A stretch of 64,000 bases of DNA from an uncultured delta proteobacterium (GTDB lineage: Bacteria > Myxococcota > Myxococcia > Myxococcales > Myxococcaceae), in assembly GCA_963771175.1 (NCBI GenBank), contig CAVYSY010000032.1, positions 352,001 to 416,000 on the forward strand, written 5' to 3'. The translations under genes were made by a program, and so were the position numbers. Under the pieces are notes generated by a model, which saw only the letters and a program-made list of their open reading frames with translations, was not told the DNA's origin and ran no database searches. Shown here piece after piece: positions 20,264-29,007 of this stretch. The first letter of the stretch is position 1, and every line of letters starts with the position of its first letter.

Positions 20264-21397
20264 ATGATTGATGAAGCTCGACTGCCCCTGGTCCTGAAGC
20301 GATTCGCCTGCCTGGCGGGTGTCGCCGTTGCGCTCTGGGGATGCACCGCGGTGAGCGCCGCGCGCAAGGGTCAGAAGCAGAGCCCTCCCCAGCACCTGCG
20401 CGACACGGGGCTGTACCGCGACTTCGGCCAGTACGAGGTCGCCTCGCGCAACCTGGAGTACTCGCCTCAGTATCCGGTCTGGATGGATGGAGCCACCAGG
20501 CGGCGCTGGCTCTATCTGCCTTCGGGGAAGTCCATCGACGCCTCCCGCCCGGACGCCTGGGTGTTCCCGGTGGGAGCGAAGCTCTGGCAGGAGCTCTCCT
20601 TTGGCGGACGCCGGGTCGAGACGCGCTACCTGGAGCGGCAGCGGGACGGCACCTGGTCGTATGCCTCGTATGCGTGGAGCGAGGACCAGCGCGAGGCGGT
20701 GCTCGTCTCCGACAAGGGCCAGCGGGGCACGTTCGAGCTCGGCGCGGGCCTCTCGCACGACATCCCGAGCGTCTCCGATTGCAAGGTCTGCCACGAAGGG
20801 CAGCGCACGGAGGTGCTTGGCTTCAGCGCGCTCCAACTCTCCTCGGATCGGGACCCGGGGGCGCTCCACGCGGAGCCTCTACCCGCGCCCGGGGTGGAGC
20901 TCGGCTGGCTCGCGCGGCGCGGCCTGCTCAAGCGCCTCCCTCGAGCGCTGCTGAGCACGCCACCGCGGATCTCCGCCGCGACCCCCACGGAGCGCGCGGC
21001 CCTGGGCTACCTCCATGGCAACTGCGGCCATTGTCATAACGATGACGGCCCGCTGTCCGGGTTGGGGTTGTCACTCCGGCACTCCCTGGGCGATGACCCC
21101 CAGGCTCCCGAGCGCGCCCTCCAGAGCGCGTGGGGGCAGCGGACCCGCACCAGGGCGCCAGGATTGACGCAGGACGCCGTGCTGCGGATAGCCCCAGGAC
21201 ACCCTGAGACGAGTGTGATTGCTCAACGGATGGCATCTCGACACCCGGGACTCCAGATGCCCCCCTTGGGAACCGTCGTCGTGGACGAGGCCTCACGTGC
21301 CTTGATATCCCGTTGGATCGCGGAGGGGCCCTCGTCCGCAACGATGCACGAGCCCTCCGGCGGTTCTCCTGGCGCAACCTCGAAGGAGGGGCAATGA
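20264..21397 (+). CDS. Diheme c-type cytochrome lipoprotein (SO2930-like)
   Basis: Lipobox LWGC; YPVWMDGATRRRW, FPVG, CKVCH and CGHCH heme motifs, QMPPLG. Confidence 0.75.
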   Translation: MIDEARLPLVLKRFACLAGVAVALWGCTAVSAARKGQKQSPPQHLRDTGLYRDFGQYEVASRNLEYSPQYPVWMDGATRRRWLYLPSGKSIDASRPDAWVFPVGAKLWQELSFGGRRVETRYLERQRDGTWSYASYAWSEDQREAVLVSDKGQRGTFELGAGLSHDIPSVSDCKVCHEGQRTEVLGFSALQLSSDRDPGALHAEPLPAPGVELGWLARRGLLKRLPRALLSTPPRISAATPTERAALGYLHGNCGHCHNDDGPLSGLGLSLRHSLGDDPQAPERALQSAWGQRTRTRAPGLTQDAVLRIAPGHPETSVIAQRMASRHPGLQMPPLGTVVVDEASRALISRWIAEGPSSATMHEPSGGSPGATSKEGQ

Positions 21398-22071
21398 AGT
21401 CAAGTCGTCTGCTGATGCTGATGGCCGTGGTCGCCGTGAACGTCCCCGTCGTCGCCATGGCGCAGGGCACTCCGAAGGCTGCCAAGCCGACCAAGCCGGC
21501 CAAGCCGAGCAAGGCCGTCGCGCGTGGCGAGTATCTGGTGCGCATCACCGGCTGCAATGACTGCCATACCCCGTTCGCGATGGGGCCTCAGGGTCCGGCG
21601 CCGGATATGTCGCGGATGCTCTCGGGTCATCCCGAGACGATGAAGCTGCCGCCGCCGCCGGCGGCGCAGGGCCCGTGGATCGCGGCCTCGTCCGCCACCA
21701 ACACGGCCTGGGCGGGTCCCTGGGGCGTGAGCTACGCGATCAACCTCACGCCGGACGAGACGGGCATGGGGACCTGGACGGAGAAGATGTTCATCGATGC
21801 GATGCGGACCGGCAAGCACATGGGCCGGGGCCGGCCCATCCTCCCGCCGATGCCCTGGGGGAACGTGGCGGCGATGACGGATGAGGACCTCAAGTCCGTC
21901 TACGCCTACCTGAAGAGCATCCCCGCCATCAAGAACGCGACCCCCGAGCCGACGCCGCCCGCGGGTGGAGTGCCTCCGGGTGGTGCCGTGGGCCCGACGG
22001 GCCCCAGTGGGCCGCCGGCGGGCAAGGCCGCCACCGGTGGGCAGCAGCAGGCGCCCGGTCAGAACAAGTAG
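21394..22071 (+). CDS. Periplasmic c-type cytochrome
   Basis: Signal peptide; RGEYLV..GCNDCHTP; NLTPD.TG; PPMPW axial Met; ATGA overlap with upstream gene. Confidence 0.88.
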   Translation: MKSSRLLMLMAVVAVNVPVVAMAQGTPKAAKPTKPAKPSKAVARGEYLVRITGCNDCHTPFAMGPQGPAPDMSRMLSGHPETMKLPPPPAAQGPWIAASSATNTAWAGPWGVSYAINLTPDETGMGTWTEKMFIDAMRTGKHMGRGRPILPPMPWGNVAAMTDEDLKSVYAYLKSIPAIKNATPEPTPPAGGVPPGGAVGPTGPSGPPAGKAATGGQQQAPGQNK

Positions 22072-22087
22072 TCCCAACCCGAGCACC

Positions 22088-22183
22088 GCTCGGGGCATGA
22101 AGAAGTCCAGGTCACCCTGGGCTCATGCCCCGAGCACTCCATGCCCCGACACGCTCCCCGAAATGGGGAACGTCTCGGGGCAT
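22088..22183. terminator. Two adjacent hairpins between convergent genes
   Basis: GCTCGGGGCATGA...TCATGCCCCGAGC (22088-22135) and ATGCCCCGA...TCGGGGCAT (22141-22183). Confidence 0.55.
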
Positions 22184-22187
22184 TCGA

Positions 22188-22961
22188 CTACTGGATGCTC
22201 TTGAAGTCGCTGAGGACGAAGTCGTACGCGTTCTCGTCCGCGTCGTACGTGGCCTTGAAGCTGGTGGGGTGCAGCGTCGCGCGACCAAAGCTCTTGGGCT
22301 GCGGCACCGGCAGGGTGAAGCTCTCCTTCTTCTCCATCTGGGCCTTGGTGATCATCGGCTCGATGAAGGTGAGCTTCCCGTTGTAGAAGCCGGAGAGCAT
22401 CACCTTGTCGAACAGGCCCTCCTTGAAGACGCCGGGGGAAGTGAACTCCGAGGCGGGCAGGGCGTGGTAGCCCATGTTCGGGATGCAGAACGGCTTGGGG
22501 TCCGTGTCCGGAGGAACGGCCGGGAACCAGCCATCGGGCACGATGGCCGGGTCGGCCTGCGTGCCGTTGGTGCAGTCCACGGCGGCCACCGTGGCCTTGT
22601 CCACCATGTAGAAGTGGAAGTCGAAGTGCGGCGCCATGTAGCGCGCCGGCTCGTGCCCACCCGGCATCCAGTCGAACTCGAAGTGGTTGATGGACGTCGT
22701 CTCGCTGACCTGCTTCGGGAAGTCGGCGGTGAAGATGACCGGGTGGTCATGCGTGCTACCCGAGGAGCCCGCGTTCTGGATGGAGGCGAACGGAATGGTG
22801 AAGCCCACCTCCGCGACCGCGCCCTTGTCGTCGAGCTTCGCCCAGGTGGTCACCTTGGCACCGTTGAAGTCAACCGCCTGCCCCTCGAGCTTGTCGTCAC
22901 CACAGCCGACGAGAGCGGTTGCCAGGAGAGTGCCGAGCACTGCGGTCTGCATCTTGTTCAT
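22188..22961 (-). CDS. DUF5602/TTHB210-like lipoprotein
   Basis: Lipobox LVGC; INHFEFDWMPGGHEPARYMAPHFDFHFY, PNMGYH, GFYNGKLTFIEPMIT. Confidence 0.75.
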   Translation of the reverse strand: MNKMQTAVLGTLLATALVGCGDDKLEGQAVDFNGAKVTTWAKLDDKGAVAEVGFTIPFASIQNAGSSGSTHDHPVIFTADFPKQVSETTSINHFEFDWMPGGHEPARYMAPHFDFHFYMVDKATVAAVDCTNGTQADPAIVPDGWFPAVPPDTDPKPFCIPNMGYHALPASEFTSPGVFKEGLFDKVMLSGFYNGKLTFIEPMITKAQMEKKESFTLPVPQPKSFGRATLHPTSFKATYDADENAYDFVLSDFKSIQ

Positions 22962-23268
22962 CACGATTATCTGCCTCCAGAGTTGTGCCTCCATCGCGGC
23001 GCTCCCAATTCCTTGCATGCAAACTCGGGAGTCCGTGACGGCGCTTGAAAAGTCGCGAACTGTACACTCTGGAGGAGAGACTGCAACTCACGGGGCTTAC
23101 GGCGATTTCTCACTTCCGCTGCCTCATGCGCATCGAGGACGCAGACCCGGTGAACTTTTCTGCCATGGCTGAAGCCCCATGAGTGACGTTACGGGATGTT
23201 GGCAGCCTGGGCTTGCACCCACTCGGCCAGTGCTCTGGCCTGTGGCTCGTCTCATGCGCGGAAACGAA

Positions 23269-23300
23269 GACGCCCGGGAACCATGGGGCTCCCGGGCGTC
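23269..23300 (-). terminator. Intrinsic terminator downstream of M4 peptidase gene
   Basis: 11-bp stem GACGCCCGGGA/TCCCGGGCGTC followed on the minus strand by TTCGTTTC. Confidence 0.6.
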
Positions 23301-23336
23301 AGGACTTCTAGGCTTCAGCGCTGCTTCGGTGGAGGG

Positions 23337-25589
23337 CTAGTACGTGCCCTTCATCGTCACGTTGGTGTACGCGCTGTAGCCGCGCGAGCAGGCGTACCAG
23401 GTACCGGCGCTCGGAGCGCTGATGGTGCAGCTCTCCGTGTTGCCGGAGAGGTACGGGCGGCAGTTGTAGCTGCTGGTCGTCGGAGCGGAGCCGAACTTCA
23501 CGTACAGGTCCGCGTCACCCGTGGTGCCCGTCTTGCCCGTCTGGTTGAAGACCACCGAGGTCGTCCCGGCCGGCACGACCAGCGTGTTGCAGGTCCACGA
23601 GGCCGAGGCGCCCGAGTACTGGGCCGACTCGACGCCGTTGCTCAGCGTGCCACCACCACCACCACCACCCGTGGAGTACGAGCCCTTCAGGCTCATGCCC
23701 GAGGCGGCCGAGTAGCCGTAGATCTTCACGTAGTAGGTGCCGGTGCTCGGCGTGGCGAAGGTGCAGGTCTCCGTGTTGCCGGAGGCGTACGGACGGCAGT
23801 CATACGAGGAGCTGGTCGGCTCGGCGCCGAACTTCACGTACATGTCGCCGTCACCCGTGCCACCGCTCAGGTTGAACGCCAGGCTGCTGGAGCCCGCCGG
23901 CACGGCCAGCGTGTAGGTGCAGCTCCAGGTGCTGGTGTCCGCGGAGATGTTGGTGACGGTCACGCCGTTGGAGAGCGCGACCGGCGTGGTGCAGGCCGGG
24001 GGAGGCGGCGTGCCGCTGCCCACGTTCACCGCCTGCCAGGCCGCCGTCACGGACGCGACTTCCGCCGTGGTGTAGCCGAGCGCCGTCGCGGCCTGCTCGG
24101 AGTACGTCTTCGCCTGGGCGAAGGTGGTGGAGGCCGTCATGTAGTCCACGTTGGCCTTGTAGAAGACGGCGCCGGCCTTCGCCACGCCGATGCCCGTCAC
24201 GTTGACGGTGCTCTTGCCGCGCGGGTGCGTGCCGCCCTTGGAGAGCAGCGTGAAGGCCAGGTTGGCGATGCCGGAGCTGTAGTGCACGTCCTTGCTGCCA
24301 GCGCTGCTCGACCAGAAGTCGAGCGAGGCACCGTCCGCGGCCGGGTCGTACATGTAGCGGAGCGCATCACCCGGGGTGGCGGGGGTCCAGATGTCGTCGC
24401 CGACCATGAACACCGCGTTGGTGGTGGCCCAGGTGCCCGAGGCGTAGCTCTCGCAGTAGGCGCCGAAGATGTCGCTCATCGCCTCGTTGAGGCCGCCGGA
24501 CTCACCCGAGTAGGTGAGGTTGGACTCGCGCTCGGTCACCGCGTGGGTGAGCTCGTGCGTGGTCACGTCCGCGGACAGACCGAGCATGCCCGAGTCCGTC
24601 CCGTTGCCATCGCCGTACACCATCTGGGTGCCGTCCCAGTAGGCGTTCACGTAGTTGCTGCTGTAGTGCACCGTGCTGATGAGCGTGGCGCCCGCGTTGT
24701 CGAACGAGTCGCGGCCGAAGTTGTTCTTGTAGCAGTTGTACGTGCCACCCAGCTTGTCGTAGTTGCCGTCGACGTGGGCGTCGCCCGTGGCCGCCTGGCC
24801 CTCGGAGCGCTTGAGCGTACCCGGGGTGGAGGAGCCGTTGTTGGCGCTGTACACCTTGCGGTTGAGCGCGGTGTGGATGTCCGTGTCGCGGCCGAGGACG
24901 GAGCCATCGCGCGCGCTCACGAAGACGTGGTCACGGATGGGCAGCTCCAGGCTCTCGCCCGTCACCAGCACCTCGTAGGCGAGCTGGAGGCCGCCCTCGG
25001 TGCGGTAGTAGACGAGCTGCGCGCTCTCGGCGGTCAGGCCCGAGCCCTTGGTGTTGCGCAGGGCGGCCGTGGTGGCGCCCTCGCGGGAGATGCGCGCGTT
25101 GGCCGAGACGTTCGCACCGTCGCGGGCCGTGCCGTTCACCGCGAAGATGCGGCCGGTCTCGTCCACGTGCACGACGAGCTCCTCGCCGAACACCGGCAGC
25201 CCGTTCTTCATCTGGGCATAGCGGATGTGGGTGATGCCCTGCTCGTCCACGCGAGTGCTCTTCGCCACCAGGTCCGCGGTCTGAAGGCGGAAGATGGGGG
25301 CGATGCGGGTGAGCGAGTCGCCCATGAGAGCGCTCGTGTCACGGGCGGCCATGCCGCGCAGCGACTGGCCCACGGAGCCGAAGTCACCACGCACGAAGTA
25401 GGGCACCTCGTCCAGGTGCTTGCCGAGGACCTCGGCGCCGGGAATGGCGCTCAGCGCGGCCTTCACATCAGAAGTGGACAGGGTGCCGACGTCGGCGCTC
25501 TCCGTCAGCGCCTCGTTCGACTCCTCCACACCGCACGCCGCCAGGGGCAGGGCGAGGAGAGCAGCAGCCAGGAAACGATTGCGAACCAA
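23337..25589 (-). CDS. M4 (thermolysin-like) metalloprotease lipoprotein with propeptide and two PPC domains
   Basis: LAAC lipobox; NAYWDG, HELTH (HExxH), GGLNEAMSD, DVHYSSG; two GDxDxYVKFG..P..YxCRPY.SGNTE PPC repeats. Confidence 0.95.
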   Translation of the reverse strand: MVRNRFLAAALLALPLAACGVEESNEALTESADVGTLSTSDVKAALSAIPGAEVLGKHLDEVPYFVRGDFGSVGQSLRGMAARDTSALMGDSLTRIAPIFRLQTADLVAKSTRVDEQGITHIRYAQMKNGLPVFGEELVVHVDETGRIFAVNGTARDGANVSANARISREGATTAALRNTKGSGLTAESAQLVYYRTEGGLQLAYEVLVTGESLELPIRDHVFVSARDGSVLGRDTDIHTALNRKVYSANNGSSTPGTLKRSEGQAATGDAHVDGNYDKLGGTYNCYKNNFGRDSFDNAGATLISTVHYSSNYVNAYWDGTQMVYGDGNGTDSGMLGLSADVTTHELTHAVTERESNLTYSGESGGLNEAMSDIFGAYCESYASGTWATTNAVFMVGDDIWTPATPGDALRYMYDPAADGASLDFWSSSAGSKDVHYSSGIANLAFTLLSKGGTHPRGKSTVNVTGIGVAKAGAVFYKANVDYMTASTTFAQAKTYSEQAATALGYTTAEVASVTAAWQAVNVGSGTPPPPACTTPVALSNGVTVTNISADTSTWSCTYTLAVPAGSSSLAFNLSGGTGDGDMYVKFGAEPTSSSYDCRPYASGNTETCTFATPSTGTYYVKIYGYSAASGMSLKGSYSTGGGGGGGTLSNGVESAQYSGASASWTCNTLVVPAGTTSVVFNQTGKTGTTGDADLYVKFGSAPTTSSYNCRPYLSGNTESCTISAPSAGTWYACSRGYSAYTNVTMKGTY

Positions 25590-25646
25590 GGGGGGAACCT
25601 CCTGCTGGCCGGTGACGGGGATGCCACCGCAGCCGCTCGTGGCTTT

Positions 25647-25662
25647 AGCAGGATGCGTGCCA
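25647..25662 (-). promoter_or_regulatory. Sigma54 promoter for M4 peptidase
   Basis: Minus strand TGGCACGCATCCTGCT, one mismatch from consensus TGGCACG-N4-TTGCW, ~58 nt upstream of the start. Confidence 0.75.
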
Positions 25663-25749
25663 TTCCATAAAGGCCCGTAATTCCATCTAACACCTGCTTA
25701 CGCGACGGGCCCACTGGTGCATGGGGGTCGCAAGCAGCTGCGTACGTCA

Positions 25750-25834
25750 TGTCTCGATTCTTGACATACCCCGAGCCAAGGGTGCGGAAGAACAGACACT
25801 TTGGCGCTCGGACCCACTGTCCTGATTCAGGACA
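25750..25834. promoter_or_regulatory. Two palindromic candidate activator (bEBP) sites
   Basis: TGTCtcGATTCttGACA (25750-25766) and TGTCctGATTCagGACA (25818-25834), ~90-170 nt upstream of the sigma54 site. Confidence 0.55.
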
Positions 25835-26129
25835 CCCTGGAGGAGGAGTCGGGTCATTTTATACCCAAGCGCCCTCCGAAAACCTTCTGGTCCGCAGGGA
25901 AGGGCTCGGGAATTCCATTCATTCCAGGTTTCAGGCCGCCTTCGCACCCGGGTGGGCTGACGCTCTACTCGCCCCCGCCGTCCCGGGTAGGCCGAGAGAC
26001 CGGGCGAGAGCCCTGCGTCCTGTCCGAGTCGGGAACGAGCACCTGGGCTGAAACAGGCCCTGGTCCTTCTCATTCCGGACGAATGACCAGATTTCGCCCA
26101 GCAGACATCCGAAGTGACGGGAGGATGCG

Positions 26130-26762
26130 ATGAAGGTTCGTTCGTGGATGGATGGTTTCGCGGTGATGACCCTGATCACCGCCGGGTCGGCGTTCGCGGC
26201 CATCGATGCCTCGCGGGTCGACGATGATATCAACTTCGATGAGGAGAAGACGAAAGTCGGCCTGGACGCGCAAGTGGGCGCGGGCGGCTTCACCGGAATC
26301 GGGGGGGATCTGACAGCACCGGGCGGGATGCTCGGAATCGCCGCGACTGCCCAGCCCTGGCGCAACCTCGGCCTCGAGGCGGGCTTCGAGGGCCAGCGAC
26401 TCCCCATCGACGATGATCGCGTCGGGGACGAACAGGCCCTGTACCGCTACAACGTCGACGTGATGGCCAAGGCCGGTCCGCCCCTGTTCAACGATGTGCT
26501 GCGTCCGTTCGTGGGAGCGGGCCTGGGCCTCAGCTACCTCAACGTCACCGACGACGCGGATACCCTCTACCGCAACGACTTCGTCGAGGAGCTGGGGGGC
26601 TCGGCCGGCGTGGACGTCCAGATCGGCCCGAGCATCTCCGCCGGAGCACGCGCCACGTACCTGATCCTCCTCGGCACGGAGTTCGCGGACCCGGCCACCG
26701 GGACCGGTGAGACCGGCGGCAACCTGTTGAACTTCGCCGCGACCGTGGGTGGCCGCTTCTAG
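26130..26762 (+). CDS. Small outer-membrane beta-barrel protein (OmpA/OmpW-like)
   Basis: Signal peptide, amphipathic strands (LRPFVGAGLGLSYL), C-terminal Phe (VGGRF). Confidence 0.82.
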   Translation: MKVRSWMDGFAVMTLITAGSAFAAIDASRVDDDINFDEEKTKVGLDAQVGAGGFTGIGGDLTAPGGMLGIAATAQPWRNLGLEAGFEGQRLPIDDDRVGDEQALYRYNVDVMAKAGPPLFNDVLRPFVGAGLGLSYLNVTDDADTLYRNDFVEELGGSAGVDVQIGPSISAGARATYLILLGTEFADPATGTGETGGNLLNFAATVGGRF

Positions 26763-26846
26763 CCAATCCCAGGTCGAGTCCCGAAGGAGTCGAGCCCCGT
26801 CGCGCCTCTCGTGAAGAGAGGGGCGGCGGGGCTTCTCCGTGCGTCC

Positions 26847-26993
26847 ATGGCGGAGGAGGAGCAGGTGCTGCTACACAAGCGCCACGCGCACTCCTCCGAC
26901 AAGAAGCTGATGGCCCTGGAAGGGAGCAACCTCTCCGACATCGCTCCGGACCAGGACCTCTCCCAGTGGCTGGTGAGCTCTTTGCAGCCGTAG
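26847..26993 (+). pseudogene. Short ORF, possible gene remnant
   Basis: 48 codons with strong G/C third-position bias but no recognisable domain. Confidence 0.3.
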
Positions 26994-27008
26994 TAAAAAT
27001 TTTGCTAC
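26990..27008. promoter_or_regulatory. AT-rich near-palindrome upstream of the multiheme cytochrome operon
   Basis: GTAGTAAAA-A-TTTTGCTAC (8/9 inverted match) in an unusually AT-rich patch. Confidence 0.45.
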
Positions 27009-27087
27009 ATTCTCTTATTACCACACGCCTTAAACTACGATGCACAATCCTCATCCCTCTCACAGTCCGCCTGGTGGTGTAGTGCCG

Positions 27088-29007
27088 ATGATTCGATCCC
27101 CCCTGGTTCGTGGCGCACTCTGTGCACTCCTGCTGTCAACGTTGGGCTGTAACCTGCTGAAGACCTCCGACTCGGAGAACGTGCCAGGCCGCGGCGCCCG
27201 CGCTTTCGACCCGTACCGGTCGTCCAACTCGGGTGCCATCCGCCTGTCTCTGCAGTGGTACAACGGCTGTGCCGTGATGCCGACGGGCCAGGCGGTGCCG
27301 AAGAACTCCGCACCCATCCCCTACCCCGACACGTGCCCCAGCCCCGTGGCCATTGACGGCTTCCCGCCGTATGTGCCGCCGGGGCAGATGCAGCTGGTGA
27401 CCGGCACCGACTACTTCCTCAACCAGATCACGGTGACGGACGCCCTCGTCAACGCCCACACCGACTTCGGGAAGCCGACGGAGCCGCTGCTCTGGATCAC
27501 GAAGCAGTCACGCTTCAAGAGTCTGGACTGGAGCGGCGCGGGCCTGGCTCAGGATGAGTGGATCTTCCAGTCCGGGGTTCCCGGAGTCTCCCAGGACCGG
27601 TGGCACCGCGTGGTCCTCTTCGACAATGGCGCCTGGCGGCGCGTCAAGGGCGACACCTTCAAGGTGGAGGTCCTGGACTCGGAGGGCACGGTGCGCGGCA
27701 CGCCGGTCGAGTACTCCCGCCAGGAGTTCCTCGCGGAGTCGCCGTACGCCGGGCACTCGCACTTCGGCTGGCGCATCGAGAACCTCAATCCTCCGCGCTA
27801 TCCTGGGGACCCGGAGGCTCACCCCCTGTCGGAGATTCCGGGCTGGCCTCCGCAGGCGCCGGTGTACCGGACCACCGCGCGGTTGGATCTCGTCGGCAGC
27901 ACCAACCCCTTCAAGACCTTCCGCGTCCCCGATTTGAAGGGAGAGGGTGCCGTGCGGGTGACCTGGAGCCAGATGCCCAACGAGCCGTTCTACTTCCCGG
28001 TGACGTTCGTGTCCGAGAAGGAGCTGCCGCCCACCTGCTTTGATGCGGCCGGCAACGCCAATACCCCGTGCGGCTTCGGTATCGATCCCAACCTCAACTT
28101 CGTCGCGCCGCAGAACGGCAAGTTCTACCAGCCAGGCGAGACGCTGAACGCCTTCGTCGACGTGCGTGACGGAAACGGCGTCCGGTTGCACGCGCCGGAC
28201 CTGATGCCCAGCGGAGTCGAGGTGACGTCCAACCAGGCCAACGGCATGCTCTATCCGAACCTGCCCTGGATCGATCGCACGCTGGAGCTGGACATGCTCC
28301 CCGTCGTCAACATCGCTGGGCCGCTCCACAAGATGTACAGCCGCAGCAACCCGAAGGAAGCCTCCCCCTACTACACGCTGGGGTACTCCTACGCGCTGCC
28401 CAGCGAGACGTCGACCACGCCGCTGAACCCCGCCGAGTTCGGCCAGAAGTGGGCCACGCGCTTCGGGACGCAGCTGCCGGCCAACGCCGAGCCCGGTACG
28501 TACGTGGCGCTCATCAAGTTCCACCGCTACTTCGGCGGTGAGCGCGTGGCCAAGACCAAGCCCTACTTCTTCCAGGTTGGCACGGAGCAGCGGACCACCT
28601 ACCCGGGCCGGGTCGGCAACTGCCAGATCTGCCACCGCGGCGTGCTCTCGCTGGACAACCTGCGCCACGGCTTGTCGGTGGACCACGTGGAGGCCTGCAG
28701 GACGTGCCACCAGTACGAGACCACCAACGGCGGCAGCGTGATGGAGAACATCCACAAGATCCACATGCGCTCGCCCAAGTTCCCGGAGGCCAAGAACGAC
28801 TGCACCATGTGCCACCTCACGCGCGAGAGCGCCACGCGCCCGAGCCTCTACGCGTGCGGCACGTGTCACCCCTCGGCGCACGGGACGGAGTTCTTCGCGT
28901 CCAAGTTCGTCACCGGGACCGAGCCGAGCCGTTATGGCAACTGCGCCCAGCAGTGCCATGGTGAGGCGGACTCGTTGCCCAAGCTCCACATCCTCCCTGC
29001 CCAATGA
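27088..29007 (+). CDS. Pentaheme c-type cytochrome lipoprotein, MtrC/OmcA-like heme module
   Basis: Lipobox TLGC; CQICH, CRTCH, CTMCH, CGTCH, CAQQCH; IHKIH and FP..KNDCxxCH spacing typical of MtrC/OmcA heme domains. Confidence 0.82.
   Translation: MIRSPLVRGALCALLLSTLGCNLLKTSDSENVPGRGARAFDPYRSSNSGAIRLSLQWYNGCAVMPTGQAVPKNSAPIPYPDTCPSPVAIDGFPPYVPPGQMQLVTGTDYFLNQITVTDALVNAHTDFGKPTEPLLWITKQSRFKSLDWSGAGLAQDEWIFQSGVPGVSQDRWHRVVLFDNGAWRRVKGDTFKVEVLDSEGTVRGTPVEYSRQEFLAESPYAGHSHFGWRIENLNPPRYPGDPEAHPLSEIPGWPPQAPVYRTTARLDLVGSTNPFKTFRVPDLKGEGAVRVTWSQMPNEPFYFPVTFVSEKELPPTCFDAAGNANTPCGFGIDPNLNFVAPQNGKFYQPGETLNAFVDVRDGNGVRLHAPDLMPSGVEVTSNQANGMLYPNLPWIDRTLELDMLPVVNIAGPLHKMYSRSNPKEASPYYTLGYSYALPSETSTTPLNPAEFGQKWATRFGTQLPANAEPGTYVALIKFHRYFGGERVAKTKPYFFQVGTEQRTTYPGRVGNCQICHRGVLSLDNLRHGLSVDHVEACRTCHQYETTNGGSVMENIHKIHMRSPKFPEAKNDCTMCHLTRESATRPSLYACGTCHPSAHGTEFFASKFVTGTEPSRYGNCAQQCHGEADSLPKLHILPAQ

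Noticed and set aside
26130..29007. Complete Mtr porin-cytochrome conduit
   Set aside because: The upstream barrel is only ~210 aa, far smaller than MtrB, and there is no decaheme MtrA.
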